Positions 8,263 to 17,226 are shown, numbered from the stretch's first letter. The stretch: DNA of 51,373 bases from Balneolales bacterium (GCA_030830725.1 JAURMN010000045.1:1-51373); one strand, 5' to 3'. Program-made: numbers and translations. Notes: generated by a model from the letters alone, not told the origin.

Positions 8263-10029
8263 TTAAAGAATATCTTCCGGACTGACAGGGCTCGACGTCA
8301 TTCGGTTTTTTTCAAGCCATTGTTCATACCCATAGAGAAGAGCATCTAATACGGCATGTCCCGCATCCACTCCAAAGGACAAATTAGCGGCTATTTGACC
8401 GCTTAATACGTCTCCAAACCCAGCTCGATGAAATCCTTCAGTCGGATAATCACTCAGAGCCTGAAAGTGTGGAGTGCAGACCCCTACAGGATCGCCTTTT
8501 GAGCAGATCGTTATCCCAAATTGGGTGCTTACTTCTGTAGCAATTTGTAGACGCATAATCGTGGGCTCCACACCAATAACTCCCCACTTTTCTTGAGAGA
8601 TCGCACCCGGTTTAATCCCCTGAAAGAGTTCTTTTGCTTCTCCTGGATGAGGGGTAAGAACGATAGGATTATAGCTGTGAAAACGTTGAGAGTGGGATTT
8701 AGACCCAGGATTGAATGGAATTATCGACCGGCGCCATGTCCACAAGGAATCGATCGTCCATCCTCGAAGGGCATCCGCATCCAGAACTATAGGAACATCG
8801 GGGAGTATATTCAGAAATTGTTGTAAAAACCCATTTTGAACCGAGGCTTTACCAAGACCGGGCCCAATGAGTACAACTCCGGGACGTTTGTGAAGTTGAC
8901 CCGCCAGAATCTCGGCATCTTCGGGTTGAAATACGGAATGACCCGTTCCAGTTTGGATTTTAATAAGCCCCGGTGCTTGATCTTCGATAGAGGGTAAAAG
9001 GCTATCCGGAATTGCAACAAATACTGCACTGGCTCCTTTTTCCCACGCCGCTCGGGATGCCATAAGAGGTGCACCCGTTAATCCAGGGGAACCTCCAATT
9101 ACATAAACAACCCCCTTATCATACTTATGCCTTGTTTTTGTGGGTCGACGGACCTTTGGAATCGTTGCTCCTGTTAGCCCATACCGGTCGGAGGGACTGA
9201 ATTTTCGTAAAAAATCTCCTCGAAGATGAAATGGGAAGGAGAGAGGAATTGAAATGACCTGGCCACTACATTCAGGACCATCCAGGAGAAGAAGGCCTGT
9301 CTTTTTGGGGCCAAAACAAAACGTGAGATCAGCCTTCAGAATCGCGCCCGTGTTTTCGCCGGTATCTGCATCCAACCCGCTTGGCAGATCCATAGATACT
9401 ATCCAAGCTTGATTCTGTTTTTCTTTCCATCTATTAAGTTGATGAATCAGGGTTAAGTAAGGCTCTCGAAGAGGGGTCTGGATTCCAGATCCCAACAATC
9501 CATCCACCAGAATTGAGTAGGTGGTTGACTCTGGAGAGCCAGGATAGAGAGTTTCGTCAAGGTCTTTATAGATCTGAGTCTCCGGTGAGAACTGTAGAAA
9601 CAATTCTAAATTACGGGCTGTATTTACAGATAGGTGGTCCAGCGGAGATACCATGAAAAGATCCACATGAAAATGACCGGATAGGACCAGATAACGAGCA
9701 GTAACCAGAGCATCACCCGCATTATTTCCTTTTCCACATAAACACAAAACGTTCAACTTTCGGGATGTTGATGCTTCTCTGGCTTCGTTAATACGGCCTC
9801 GTGAAAAAAAGCGAGGAGAGGCTTCGGAGGGAGAAGGAAAATGTGTCTTTAGATAACGAATCAACTCCGTGGCTGCCCCATGCCCTGCGGTTTCCATTAA
9901 AGTGAAGGCATCAATCTTACACTGCTCAATAGCAAGAAGATCCAGTGCACGAGATTGTGTCCCAGTAACTAGTGGATCCAGCAAGGTATCTTGAAAAAGT
10001 TTGGTTTTCTCTCTTTGATCCCGATTCAT
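8263..10029 (-). CDS. nnr: Bifunctional NAD(P)H-hydrate repair enzyme (epimerase + ADP-dependent dehydratase)
   Basis: YjeF_N part: CGKGNNAGDALVTARYL. C-terminal carbohydrate-kinase part: HKYDKGVVYVIGGSPGLTGAPLMASRAA...GFGDVLSG. At 588 aa it is longer than usual. Confidence 0.8.
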   Translation of the reverse strand: MNRDQREKTKLFQDTLLDPLVTGTQSRALDLLAIEQCKIDAFTLMETAGHGAATELIRYLKTHFPSPSEASPRFFSRGRINEAREASTSRKLNVLCLCGKGNNAGDALVTARYLVLSGHFHVDLFMVSPLDHLSVNTARNLELFLQFSPETQIYKDLDETLYPGSPESTTYSILVDGLLGSGIQTPLREPYLTLIHQLNRWKEKQNQAWIVSMDLPSGLDADTGENTGAILKADLTFCFGPKKTGLLLLDGPECSGQVISIPLSFPFHLRGDFLRKFSPSDRYGLTGATIPKVRRPTKTRHKYDKGVVYVIGGSPGLTGAPLMASRAAWEKGASAVFVAIPDSLLPSIEDQAPGLIKIQTGTGHSVFQPEDAEILAGQLHKRPGVVLIGPGLGKASVQNGFLQQFLNILPDVPIVLDADALRGWTIDSLWTWRRSIIPFNPGSKSHSQRFHSYNPIVLTPHPGEAKELFQGIKPGAISQEKWGVIGVEPTIMRLQIATEVSTQFGITICSKGDPVGVCTPHFQALSDYPTEGFHRAGFGDVLSGQIAANLSFGVDAGHAVLDALLYGYEQWLEKNRMTSSPVSPEDIL

Positions 10030-10107
10030 TAGGATACCTATTCTACCATTTTAGTCTAATCCAAGGCCACACACCTTAAGATAATTTTCACTTTCAAGAG
10101 TCAGACC

Positions 10108-11628
10108 TCAATAGGCGCGTGCAAAAATCACACGCTGTGAAGAGGGTTTTCCGCTGAGGATACAGGCGCCAGAATTCGGAATACCTCCATTAAGGCCAAG
10201 TTCCTGATTCAGCGTACCTCCTAGATCACCACCCATTGGAATACAACGGATTGTTGCCTTGGTTTCTTCTTTGATTCGGGCTTCGGTTTCCGGGGTTCCA
10301 TCCCAATGCGCCAATAAAAATCCACCCTTTTCAATTTCGGTTTTAAACTCCTCATAGGTGTCGACAATGCGACTGTTTTGCTGCATTCGAAGGCGAGCTT
10401 TCTGCAATAGATCATGCTGAATTTGATCGAGAAGATCTGATAAGGAGCGAGCAAAATCTTCCGGTGCCTGAATAGGAATCGTCTGTTTTTCTAATGTATC
10501 TCGACGAGCTAATTCCACCTGCCCGTTCGCTAAATCACGTGGACCAATGGCAATTCTCAAAGGCACTCCCTGTGCTTCATGTTCGGCGAATTTAAAGCCG
10601 GGTTTGTATTGGTCACGATCATCAAGAAAGACTCGCAATCCAGCCTTTTTAAGGGCTTCTGCGAGGGGTTTTGCTGTAGTCAAAATTTGCGCAAGTTCCT
10701 CATCTCCTCTGAAAATAGGTACGATCGCAATCTGTACCGGAGCTAATTTTGGAGGTACAACCAAACCCTGGTTATCAGAGTGTGTCATGATGAGCCCCCC
10801 GATTAAGCGTGTGGAAACTCCCCAGCTGGTGGCCCATACATACTCTAATTCACCACTCTGAGATTGAAATTTCACATCAAATGCCTTGGCAAAATTTTGA
10901 CCTAAAAAGTGTGATGTACCAGCCTGAAGAGCCTTCCCATCTTGCATAAGAGCTTCAATACAGTAGGTATCTTCAGCTCCGGCAAAGCGTTCGCTTGCGG
11001 TCTTTACTCCAGTGATCACCGGCATTGCCATGGTCTCCTCAGCGAAGGTTCTGTAGACCTCTAGCATTTGAGTCGTCTCATCAACTGCTTCCTCTTTGGT
11101 GGCATGTGCGGTATGCCCCTCTTGCCAGAGGAATTCCATCGTGCGCAGGAAGAGACGGGTTCTCATTTCCCAGCGGACTACATTGGCCCATTGATTAATC
11201 AAAATTGGGAGATCGCGATAGGATTGAATCCAGCTTCGATAGGCATCCCAAATAATGGTTTCGGATGTGGGACGGACGATTAATTCTTCTTCAAGACGTG
11301 AATCTGGATCGACTTCCACACCTCCATCGACTGCCTTTAGCCGGCTGTGAGTAACTACAGCACATTCCTTAGCAAATCCCTCCACATGCTGGGCCTCTTT
11401 AGAGAGAAAAGATTTTGGGATAAAAAGGGGGAAATAGGCGTTTTGGTGACCAGTTTCTTTGAACATCTCATCCAAGCGGTCACGCATACGTTCCCAAATT
11501 GCAAATCCATTTGGTCGAATGACCATAGACCCACGAACAGGCGAATGATCCGCTAAGCGTGCTTCTTTGACAACGTCTAGATACCACTGCGAATAATCTT
11601 CAGATTGTGGTGTGATTCGATTAGCCAT
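10108..11628 (-). CDS. proS: Prolyl-tRNA synthetase, archaeal/eukaryote-like type (no INS editing domain)
   Basis: 506 aa. N-terminus [16 protein letters not shown]...[21 protein letters not shown], class II motifs, and a C-terminal domain ending in ...FARAY. Confidence 0.95.
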   Translation of the reverse strand: MANRITPQSEDYSQWYLDVVKEARLADHSPVRGSMVIRPNGFAIWERMRDRLDEMFKETGHQNAYFPLFIPKSFLSKEAQHVEGFAKECAVVTHSRLKAVDGGVEVDPDSRLEEELIVRPTSETIIWDAYRSWIQSYRDLPILINQWANVVRWEMRTRLFLRTMEFLWQEGHTAHATKEEAVDETTQMLEVYRTFAEETMAMPVITGVKTASERFAGAEDTYCIEALMQDGKALQAGTSHFLGQNFAKAFDVKFQSQSGELEYVWATSWGVSTRLIGGLIMTHSDNQGLVVPPKLAPVQIAIVPIFRGDEELAQILTTAKPLAEALKKAGLRVFLDDRDQYKPGFKFAEHEAQGVPLRIAIGPRDLANGQVELARRDTLEKQTIPIQAPEDFARSLSDLLDQIQHDLLQKARLRMQQNSRIVDTYEEFKTEIEKGGFLLAHWDGTPETEARIKEETKATIRCIPMGGDLGGTLNQELGLNGGIPNSGACILSGKPSSQRVIFARAY

Positions 11629-11938
11629 GAGAAATACGTTGAGAGGGAATGCTTGAAAATGGTTTTACAAGCCATGAAGATAGGGTTAATTGGAATTTAT
11701 TTGTAGTGAAACCTTAGCGAAAAGGGAAGCTGAGACTATAATAGGTTTGGTCCAGTTGGGTTTAAGACGGTGGAACCCTGATTTTGAGGCTTCTTTTTTC
11801 TTTTATTTACCTGAAACTCTCCCTATCTTTCGAGGCTTATTTATAGTTTGGGAGCTGACTTTGTCAGTTTTTATAAGAGTTGAAAGTTTTAACTCCCACT
11901 TCTTTTCGCATATTGAAAATGAGAAAATGAATCTGTTT

Positions 11939-12012
11939 GGCGTGGTAGCTCAGGCGGTTAGAGCGTCGGATTCATAACCCGGAGGTCGGCGGTTCGAATC
12001 CGCCCCACGCTA
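11939..12012 (+). tRNA. tRNA with CAT anticodon (Met; Ile2-lysidine or initiator identity not excluded)
   Basis: GGCGTGGTAGCTCAGGCGGTTAGAGCGTCGGATTCATAACCCGGAGGTCGGCGGTTCGAATCCGCCCCACGCTA. Cloverleaf with anticodon loop TTCATAA. No encoded CCA. Confidence 0.85.
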
Positions 12013-12020
12013 CGTAAAAG

Positions 12021-12052
12021 CCTTGTGAATAATGCTCGCAAGGTTTTTTTTT
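12021..12052 (+). terminator. Intrinsic terminator after tRNA-Met; begins 8 nt beyond the vapC stop on the other strand
   Basis: CCTTGTGA-ataatgc-TCGCAAGG: 8-bp stem including one G.U pair, followed by T9. Confidence 0.65.
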
Positions 12053-12458
12053 AATTATTGGGAGCGAAGTTTTTTGGGTGAACTGCGATTTCCGGATATT
12101 TATTGAGAACCTTTTCGTCCAGTGTCACCAATTTGAATCCAGAAAATGAGGCGAGGCTGATATATTCACAATCACGGGTATTAAATCCACTTTCCTTCGA
12201 CTTTTCCAAAACATCAAATGCGACGGGACGATATTCCCGATGTTTCATTTGGCGTTCTGCCAGTTCAACAGCTTCTGATGCTTTATCCAGATTGATAAGA
12301 TTTTTACTCAAAAAGGTGGAGACTACTGATAGAAATTCAGTTCTCCATAAAAATGGAGCCAACCAATAGGGATCCTTCTCATATAGATTCTCTGCGATTT
12401 CAGTGAATTCCGTTGGTAAATAAAGACCTGCAATCAATTCTGTTTCAACAACAATCAT
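12051..12458 (-). CDS. vapC: PIN-domain toxin (VapC-like)
   Basis: 135 aa. PIN-like pattern MIVVETELI...TRDCEYISLA...LVTLDEKVL. Start overlaps the antitoxin stop (ATGA). Confidence 0.7.
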   Translation of the reverse strand: MIVVETELIAGLYLPTEFTEIAENLYEKDPYWLAPFLWRTEFLSVVSTFLSKNLINLDKASEAVELAERQMKHREYRPVAFDVLEKSKESGFNTRDCEYISLASFSGFKLVTLDEKVLNKYPEIAVHPKNFAPNN

Positions 12459-12694
12459 TTTCGAGACTCCCTTATCGCATTTTGAATTTCGACGGACGAA
12501 ATCGTTCCTGAAATTTCACGCCGTAATTCACGTGCCTTTTCGAGAATCTGAATCGTATCTAACTCTTCAGGATTTACCATCTTTTCTAGACAAATGATGA
12601 TTTCATTATTGATAGAACGCCGATGAGCCTCTGCTCTTTTTTTCAATTTTAAATACACCTCATCAGGAATTTGTTTCAGCGTGAAATTTGGCAT
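12455..12694 (-). CDS. vapB: Ribbon-helix-helix antitoxin (VapB/FitA/Arc-like)
   Basis: 79 aa. FTLKQIPDEVYLKLKKRAEAHRRSINNEIIICL is an RHH pattern. Lies immediately upstream of the PIN gene. Confidence 0.7.
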   Translation of the reverse strand: MPNFTLKQIPDEVYLKLKKRAEAHRRSINNEIIICLEKMVNPEELDTIQILEKARELRREISGTISSVEIQNAIRESRK

Positions 12695-12808
12695 TTGGTT
12701 TTATTATTTAATTCTATTCCATCTTTGATCTGACGGATCAGGAGAGCGTGATAAAGAAATGATATTTTTTATAGTGCACAATTAATTTAATAAATAGAGA
12801 AAAAACAG

Positions 12809-12850
12809 GGTTTCAATATGGTGTCAAAATGAAACCATTTCTTTTTTTAT
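12809..12850 (+). promoter_or_regulatory. Orphan terminator-like hairpin in the vapB/aspS divergent intergenic region
   Basis: GGTTTCA-14 nt-TGAAACC followed by ATTTCTTTTTTTAT. No plus-strand gene lies upstream of it. Confidence 0.4.
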
Positions 12851-12916
12851 TCTGTTCGAGGTTCTCTTTTCTTATTTTGCCATGTCTTAAGTTAATTCGA
12901 ATTATTCTTCACAATT

Positions 12917-14740
12917 ATGGTATTGAAGCGAACACATACATGCGGTGAACTCACCAAAACGGATGTAGGGAAAACCGTGACTCTGAATGGCTGGGTAGCT
13001 CGTGGGCGTGATTTGGGAGGTCTGGTGTTCGTAGATTTACGAGATCGATATGGTGTAACGCAGATCGTGGCAGATGAGTCTGTTTCTGAACAAGCGGCCG
13101 CGATTCATGTTCAGGCGGCTCAGTTGAGGGCAGAAGATGTAGTCGGGATTGAAGGATTGGTTCGAGAGAGAGAATCTAAGAATCCGGATATGCCGACAGG
13201 GGATATTGAAGTGGTGGCAACACGCTTGGAAGTCTATTCTCGAGCACAAGTCCCACCTTTTGAGATTAAACAGGAATTAAATGTATCGGAAGATTTACGC
13301 TTCCGCTATCGTTACCTGGATTTACGCAGGCCGGGATTGCAACACAATTTATTATTGAGATCGAGGGTTTCGATGGCCATTCGAAATTATTATCAGGAGA
13401 ATCAATTTGCGGAAATCGAGACTCCGGTTTTGATGAAATCCACGCCGGAGGGGGCACGAGACTATTTGGTGCCAAGCCGCGTAAACCCAGGAATGTTTTA
13501 TGCGCTTCCACAAAGCCCCCAAACGTATAAGCAGATTCTGATGGTGTCGGGGTTTGATCGGTACGTGCAGATTGTAAAATGTTTCCGCGACGAGGATTTG
13601 CGTGCCGACAGACAACCGGAGTTTACTCAAGTGGACGTGGAGATGTCGTTTGTGGATGAGGAGACCATTTACGAGCTTCATGAGGGCTTGATGGCACGAC
13701 TCTGGAAAGAGTTTTTGAATGTAGACTTACCGATCCCATTCCCTCGAATGTCTTATGATAAGGCGATGCGCACGTATGGTTCGGATAAGCCGGATGTTCG
13801 CTTTGAGCTGCCGATTCGGGATCTTTCAGACGCTGTAAAAGGGTGTGGTTTCCGAGTATTTGAGGAGACGATTGCCAACGGAGGCCGAGTGTTGGGTATC
13901 ACAGTGAAAGGGCAGGGGTTACTTGGAAGAGGAGCGTTGGACCGATTTGCAGACAGAGTGAAGGAACAGGCTTCGGTACCGGGTGTGATTACGATGAAAG
14001 TGACGGGCGAGGGAATCCAGAGCAGTGTTGGAAAATTCCTTTCCGACGAGGTACATCAGGCGATGGCGAAGGCTGCCGGCGCTGATGCAGGAGATGAGCA
14101 GACTCCGGGAGATTTAGTGTTGATATTAGCGGGTGATGCCCCTGCTATTTATGGAAAAATGGGAATTATGAGACTAATCGCCGGTGAAGAATTTGGATTG
14201 ATGCCTACCTCTGCAGATCGTGAGCAGGATCCCGATTCCTGGAAATTTTTGTGGGTAACGGACTTCCCACTCGTGGAATGGGACGAAGAGGAGAAGCGGT
14301 ATGTGGCATTGCATCACCCTTTTACTTCCCCACATGTGGAGGATCAGGATCTTTTCGAAGAAGCTCCCCAAAGTATGCGGGCTCGAGCCTATGATTTAGT
14401 GCTGAATGGAAGTGAGATTGGTGGGGGTTCAATCCGGATTCACTCTCAAGAGATGCAAAAGAGGATGTTCAGATTGCTTGGAATTGACGATGAAGAGGCT
14501 GAAGCAAAATTTGGATTCCTATTACAAGCCTTTACCTATGGTGCTCCACCTCATGGTGGGATCGCATTGGGATTGGATCGTATTTTAATGATCATGACCG
14601 GTGCTGCAAGTATCCGCGACGTAATTGCATTTCCAAAGAATCAACGTGCGCAAAGTTTGATGGATGGAAGCCCCAGCCAGGTAGATGAGCGCCAGTTGCA
14701 AGAACTTCATATCGCCTTGTCTCTGTCCAAAAAATCATGA
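12917..14740 (+). CDS. aspS: Aspartyl-tRNA synthetase, bacterial type with GAD insertion domain
   Basis: 607 aa. MVLKRTHTCGELTKTDVGKTVTLNGWV..., FYALPQSPQ, class II motifs, GGIALGLDR. Confidence 0.95.
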   Translation: MVLKRTHTCGELTKTDVGKTVTLNGWVARGRDLGGLVFVDLRDRYGVTQIVADESVSEQAAAIHVQAAQLRAEDVVGIEGLVRERESKNPDMPTGDIEVVATRLEVYSRAQVPPFEIKQELNVSEDLRFRYRYLDLRRPGLQHNLLLRSRVSMAIRNYYQENQFAEIETPVLMKSTPEGARDYLVPSRVNPGMFYALPQSPQTYKQILMVSGFDRYVQIVKCFRDEDLRADRQPEFTQVDVEMSFVDEETIYELHEGLMARLWKEFLNVDLPIPFPRMSYDKAMRTYGSDKPDVRFELPIRDLSDAVKGCGFRVFEETIANGGRVLGITVKGQGLLGRGALDRFADRVKEQASVPGVITMKVTGEGIQSSVGKFLSDEVHQAMAKAAGADAGDEQTPGDLVLILAGDAPAIYGKMGIMRLIAGEEFGLMPTSADREQDPDSWKFLWVTDFPLVEWDEEEKRYVALHHPFTSPHVEDQDLFEEAPQSMRARAYDLVLNGSEIGGGSIRIHSQEMQKRMFRLLGIDDEEAEAKFGFLLQAFTYGAPPHGGIALGLDRILMIMTGAASIRDVIAFPKNQRAQSLMDGSPSQVDERQLQELHIALSLSKKS

Positions 14741-14744
14741 TTTT

Positions 14745-15608
14745 GTGACTGTCTCAGTAGCCGGATTGGATGGATGCAGGGCTGGTTGGCTGATGTGCAG
14801 TATACCGATGGGCAGTCTCTCGGTACCTGGGTTACCCATGCCCAACCTAAATCTAGATCAGTCGCACTGGACAATCCTCACGACGGAATCGGATTTGGAG
14901 AAGGCGTTCGAGGCACATCAGCGTATTTTTGTCGATATGCCGATTGGGTTACCCGACAAAGAACCGGGAAGATCGTGTGATCAGGCATTGCGCAAGGCTT
15001 TAGGCCGGTCTTTCTCTTCGTCTGTCTTTTCACCGCCCAGCAGACTGGCTCTGGCTGAGTCGGATTACCCATCCGCATCTAGGGTAAACCACCTTCTGAC
15101 CGGAAAGAAACTCACCATCCAAAGCTGGAATCTGTTTCCAAAAATTCGTGAGCTGGATCGGATCTTACTGAAGAATCCATCACTTCAGGAACGCGTTTTT
15201 GAATCGCATCCAGAATGGTTATTCAGAATTGCCCATCCGCAATCGATCCATCTCGAATACAAGAAAAAAACTCCAGAAGGACTTGAAGAGAGACTCCAAA
15301 GACTCTCCCTCCATAGTCTATACGCGCAGAAGAGTTATGAGGATGCGCTTGGAAGGTTTCCTCGATCAGATGTTGCAAGGGATGATATTCTGGATGCCAT
15401 GATTCTGGCGGTGATGTCGGCTAAGTCTATGTGGAGCAATGCGCTGAGGGAATCCCAGTGGGAACAGGACCGTGAATTGGGAGTGCCAGACGTTTCCTTA
15501 GGGGGCCTTCGGACGTTTCCGGAGCTGGGTAGTGGAAGCAGTAGACAAAAGGTGCAGAGGGATGGTGCAGGATTACCTAAAGCAATCTGGTATCCATCAA
15601 CGCTTTGA
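14745..15608 (+). CDS. DUF429 family protein (predicted RNase H-like fold, function unknown)
   Basis: VSVAGLDGCRAGW N-terminus is typical of DUF429. The listed ORF start 14685 lies inside aspS; the in-frame GTG at 14745, 5 nt after the aspS stop, is preferred. Confidence 0.6.
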   Translation: MTVSVAGLDGCRAGWLMCSIPMGSLSVPGLPMPNLNLDQSHWTILTTESDLEKAFEAHQRIFVDMPIGLPDKEPGRSCDQALRKALGRSFSSSVFSPPSRLALAESDYPSASRVNHLLTGKKLTIQSWNLFPKIRELDRILLKNPSLQERVFESHPEWLFRIAHPQSIHLEYKKKTPEGLEERLQRLSLHSLYAQKSYEDALGRFPRSDVARDDILDAMILAVMSAKSMWSNALRESQWEQDRELGVPDVSLGGLRTFPELGSGSSRQKVQRDGAGLPKAIWYPSTL

Positions 15609-15687
15609 GAGTTTCTTATGCGAGGGATAACGCTGAGAGGCATATCGTCGAAAAAGACTCAGCTAAAAAAAATTCTCTTATGAGAGA

Positions 15688-17115
15688 TTATTCAGCGGCT
15701 TCCACTTTGGCCAACCCGTCAAGTGCGGCGATCTGATAAGCTTCGCTAAAGGTCGGGTAATTCAGAATATTCTTGACGAAATATCGAATATCACCATTTA
15801 GAGCCATCACAGCCTGACCGAGGTGGATGAGGTCGGCGGCCTGTTCTCCCACAATATAGATACCAAGAAGTTGTAGGCTTGTTTTATCGAAAATGAGTTT
15901 AAGTAGCCCTTCTTCAGTACGACTGTATTCGGCTTGGGTCACCTGACTGAAGGATGCAAGTCCGATTTCGACCTGGAAACCAAGGCGTCTGGCACCTTCC
16001 TCCGACAGTCCAATACCAGCAATCTCTGGAACGGAGTAAATTCCAAATGGAATGTGGGCATCACCGGGTTCGTCAAGTAACGCAGAATCGAACATGGAAG
16101 AAGCGGCAAGTCTTCCCTGAACAAAGGAAATCGAGGCGAGAGATGGATAGCCGACCACATCTCCGGCAGCAAAAATATGGCTGACCGACGTTCTCATCTC
16201 GTCATTGACCTGGATAAATCCATGTTCGTCGGGATGAATGTGAATGGCCTTCAAATTGAGTGTGTCGGTGTTGGGAAGGTACCCGCCCGCATAGAGGACC
16301 TGGTCGACTTCAAAAATCCGCAGTTGTTCCGTGGCGGTTTTGGATCGGAATCCGACTTCCGTACAGTTTCGAAGCTGATTTTTTTCAATCTTGTCGATCT
16401 GAACCCCATTGAAGATTTGAATAGACTGTTTTTCGAGAATAGTGAGCAATTCTGCACGAACATCTTGATCCAGGAATGGAAGCAACTCGTCCGACTCGTT
16501 TAACAGGGTAACCCGTGTACCCAGAGTGGCAAAAATCGTGGCATATTCAAACGCATTGATGGAACTGCCAACCACAATCATTCGCCGAGGAATGTGACTG
16601 GATTTGAGAAGTGAGGAATAATCTAGCACATTTACGTGATCAATGGTAAATGTGGTTGGATCCGTGGGCCTGCTACCGGTAGCAATAAGGATGTTGGCAG
16701 CAGTAATGCGCTTCTTTTTGCCATCAGGATCGGTGATTTCCAAAGTGTGTTCATCGATAAACGAACCCACACCCCGCACCATCTCTACGTTTTTTCGGTG
16801 GAGATTATCCTTAAGCTTTTGATTTTTGGAATCGAGCACTTCGTTTTTGTAGTGCAATAATTCACGTTTATCGACCCTACTGTAAGGTTTTTTAGGAGAA
16901 TCCGTCGGGAATAGAGCGTTATAACGCATGGCGGCTTTGGCCGCCTCCCGGAGCGCTTTACTGGGGAGGGTCCCCGTGTTTACCCAGGTGCCTCCAAGTT
17001 GTTGAGCATTGGCTTCAATCAGCAGGATTTTCTTTTGATAAGATGCAGATTGAATGGCACAGGAATATCCGGCTGGGCCACTACCAAGGATGGCAATATC
17101 GTAATCGAAGGACAT
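15688..17115 (-). CDS. sthA: Soluble pyridine nucleotide transhydrogenase-like flavoprotein (SthA-like; lacks redox disulfide)
   Basis: FAD fold DIAILGSGPAGY. GGTWVNTGTLPSKALREA aligns with the SthA GTIPSKALR segment and has no CxxxxC. NAD fold VVGSSINAFEYA. ATG 17115 is preferred over the listed TTG 17145. Confidence 0.7.
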   Translation of the reverse strand: MSFDYDIAILGSGPAGYSCAIQSASYQKKILLIEANAQQLGGTWVNTGTLPSKALREAAKAAMRYNALFPTDSPKKPYSRVDKRELLHYKNEVLDSKNQKLKDNLHRKNVEMVRGVGSFIDEHTLEITDPDGKKKRITAANILIATGSRPTDPTTFTIDHVNVLDYSSLLKSSHIPRRMIVVGSSINAFEYATIFATLGTRVTLLNESDELLPFLDQDVRAELLTILEKQSIQIFNGVQIDKIEKNQLRNCTEVGFRSKTATEQLRIFEVDQVLYAGGYLPNTDTLNLKAIHIHPDEHGFIQVNDEMRTSVSHIFAAGDVVGYPSLASISFVQGRLAASSMFDSALLDEPGDAHIPFGIYSVPEIAGIGLSEEGARRLGFQVEIGLASFSQVTQAEYSRTEEGLLKLIFDKTSLQLLGIYIVGEQAADLIHLGQAVMALNGDIRYFVKNILNYPTFSEAYQIAALDGLAKVEAAE

Positions 17116-17226
17116 AAAATTAAAACTGGGTTGTTGGGTGCTCAAATATACGGGAACGCAGGAAGATTGGCATTGGTTTTTTTATCTTAGGAATCTGTCA
17201 AAGTGAGATCCTTAGGCGCAGTTTAA

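Noticed and set aside
11690-11977. 95-aa ORF in the proS/tRNA-Met intergenic region
   Set aside because: Its 3' end runs through the tRNA-Met gene, it starts at a TTG codon (11690-11692), and the translation is low complexity. The 310-nt region is more likely promoter or leader DNA. I also checked it for a tRNA-like fold (GGTCCAGTTGGG...), but the stems do not pair.
12695-12916. T-box leader upstream of aspS (and likewise upstream of proS, 11629-11700)
   Set aside because: There is no T-box consensus (AATTAGGGTGGTACCGCG-like) and no specifier-loop architecture. The phylum-level context also makes T-boxes unlikely.
11939-12916. Genomic island integrated at tRNA-Met
   Set aside because: Only the 0.65-kb vapBC pair lies between the tRNA and aspS. 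There is no integrase. The only repeat of the tRNA 3' end is the 7-nt TTCGAAT at about 12896, which is too short to be an att site.
12829-12948. 39-codon hydrophobic small ORF (MKPFLFLFCSRFSFLILPCL...) overlapping the aspS start
   Set aside because: It arises from a T-rich promoter region, overlaps aspS out of frame, and has no independent support.
15688-17145. Dihydrolipoyl dehydrogenase (Lpd) call
   Set aside because: The redox-active CxxxxC is absent (GGTWVNTGTLPSK). The segment matches the SthA pattern instead, and no 2-oxoacid dehydrogenase genes lie nearby.
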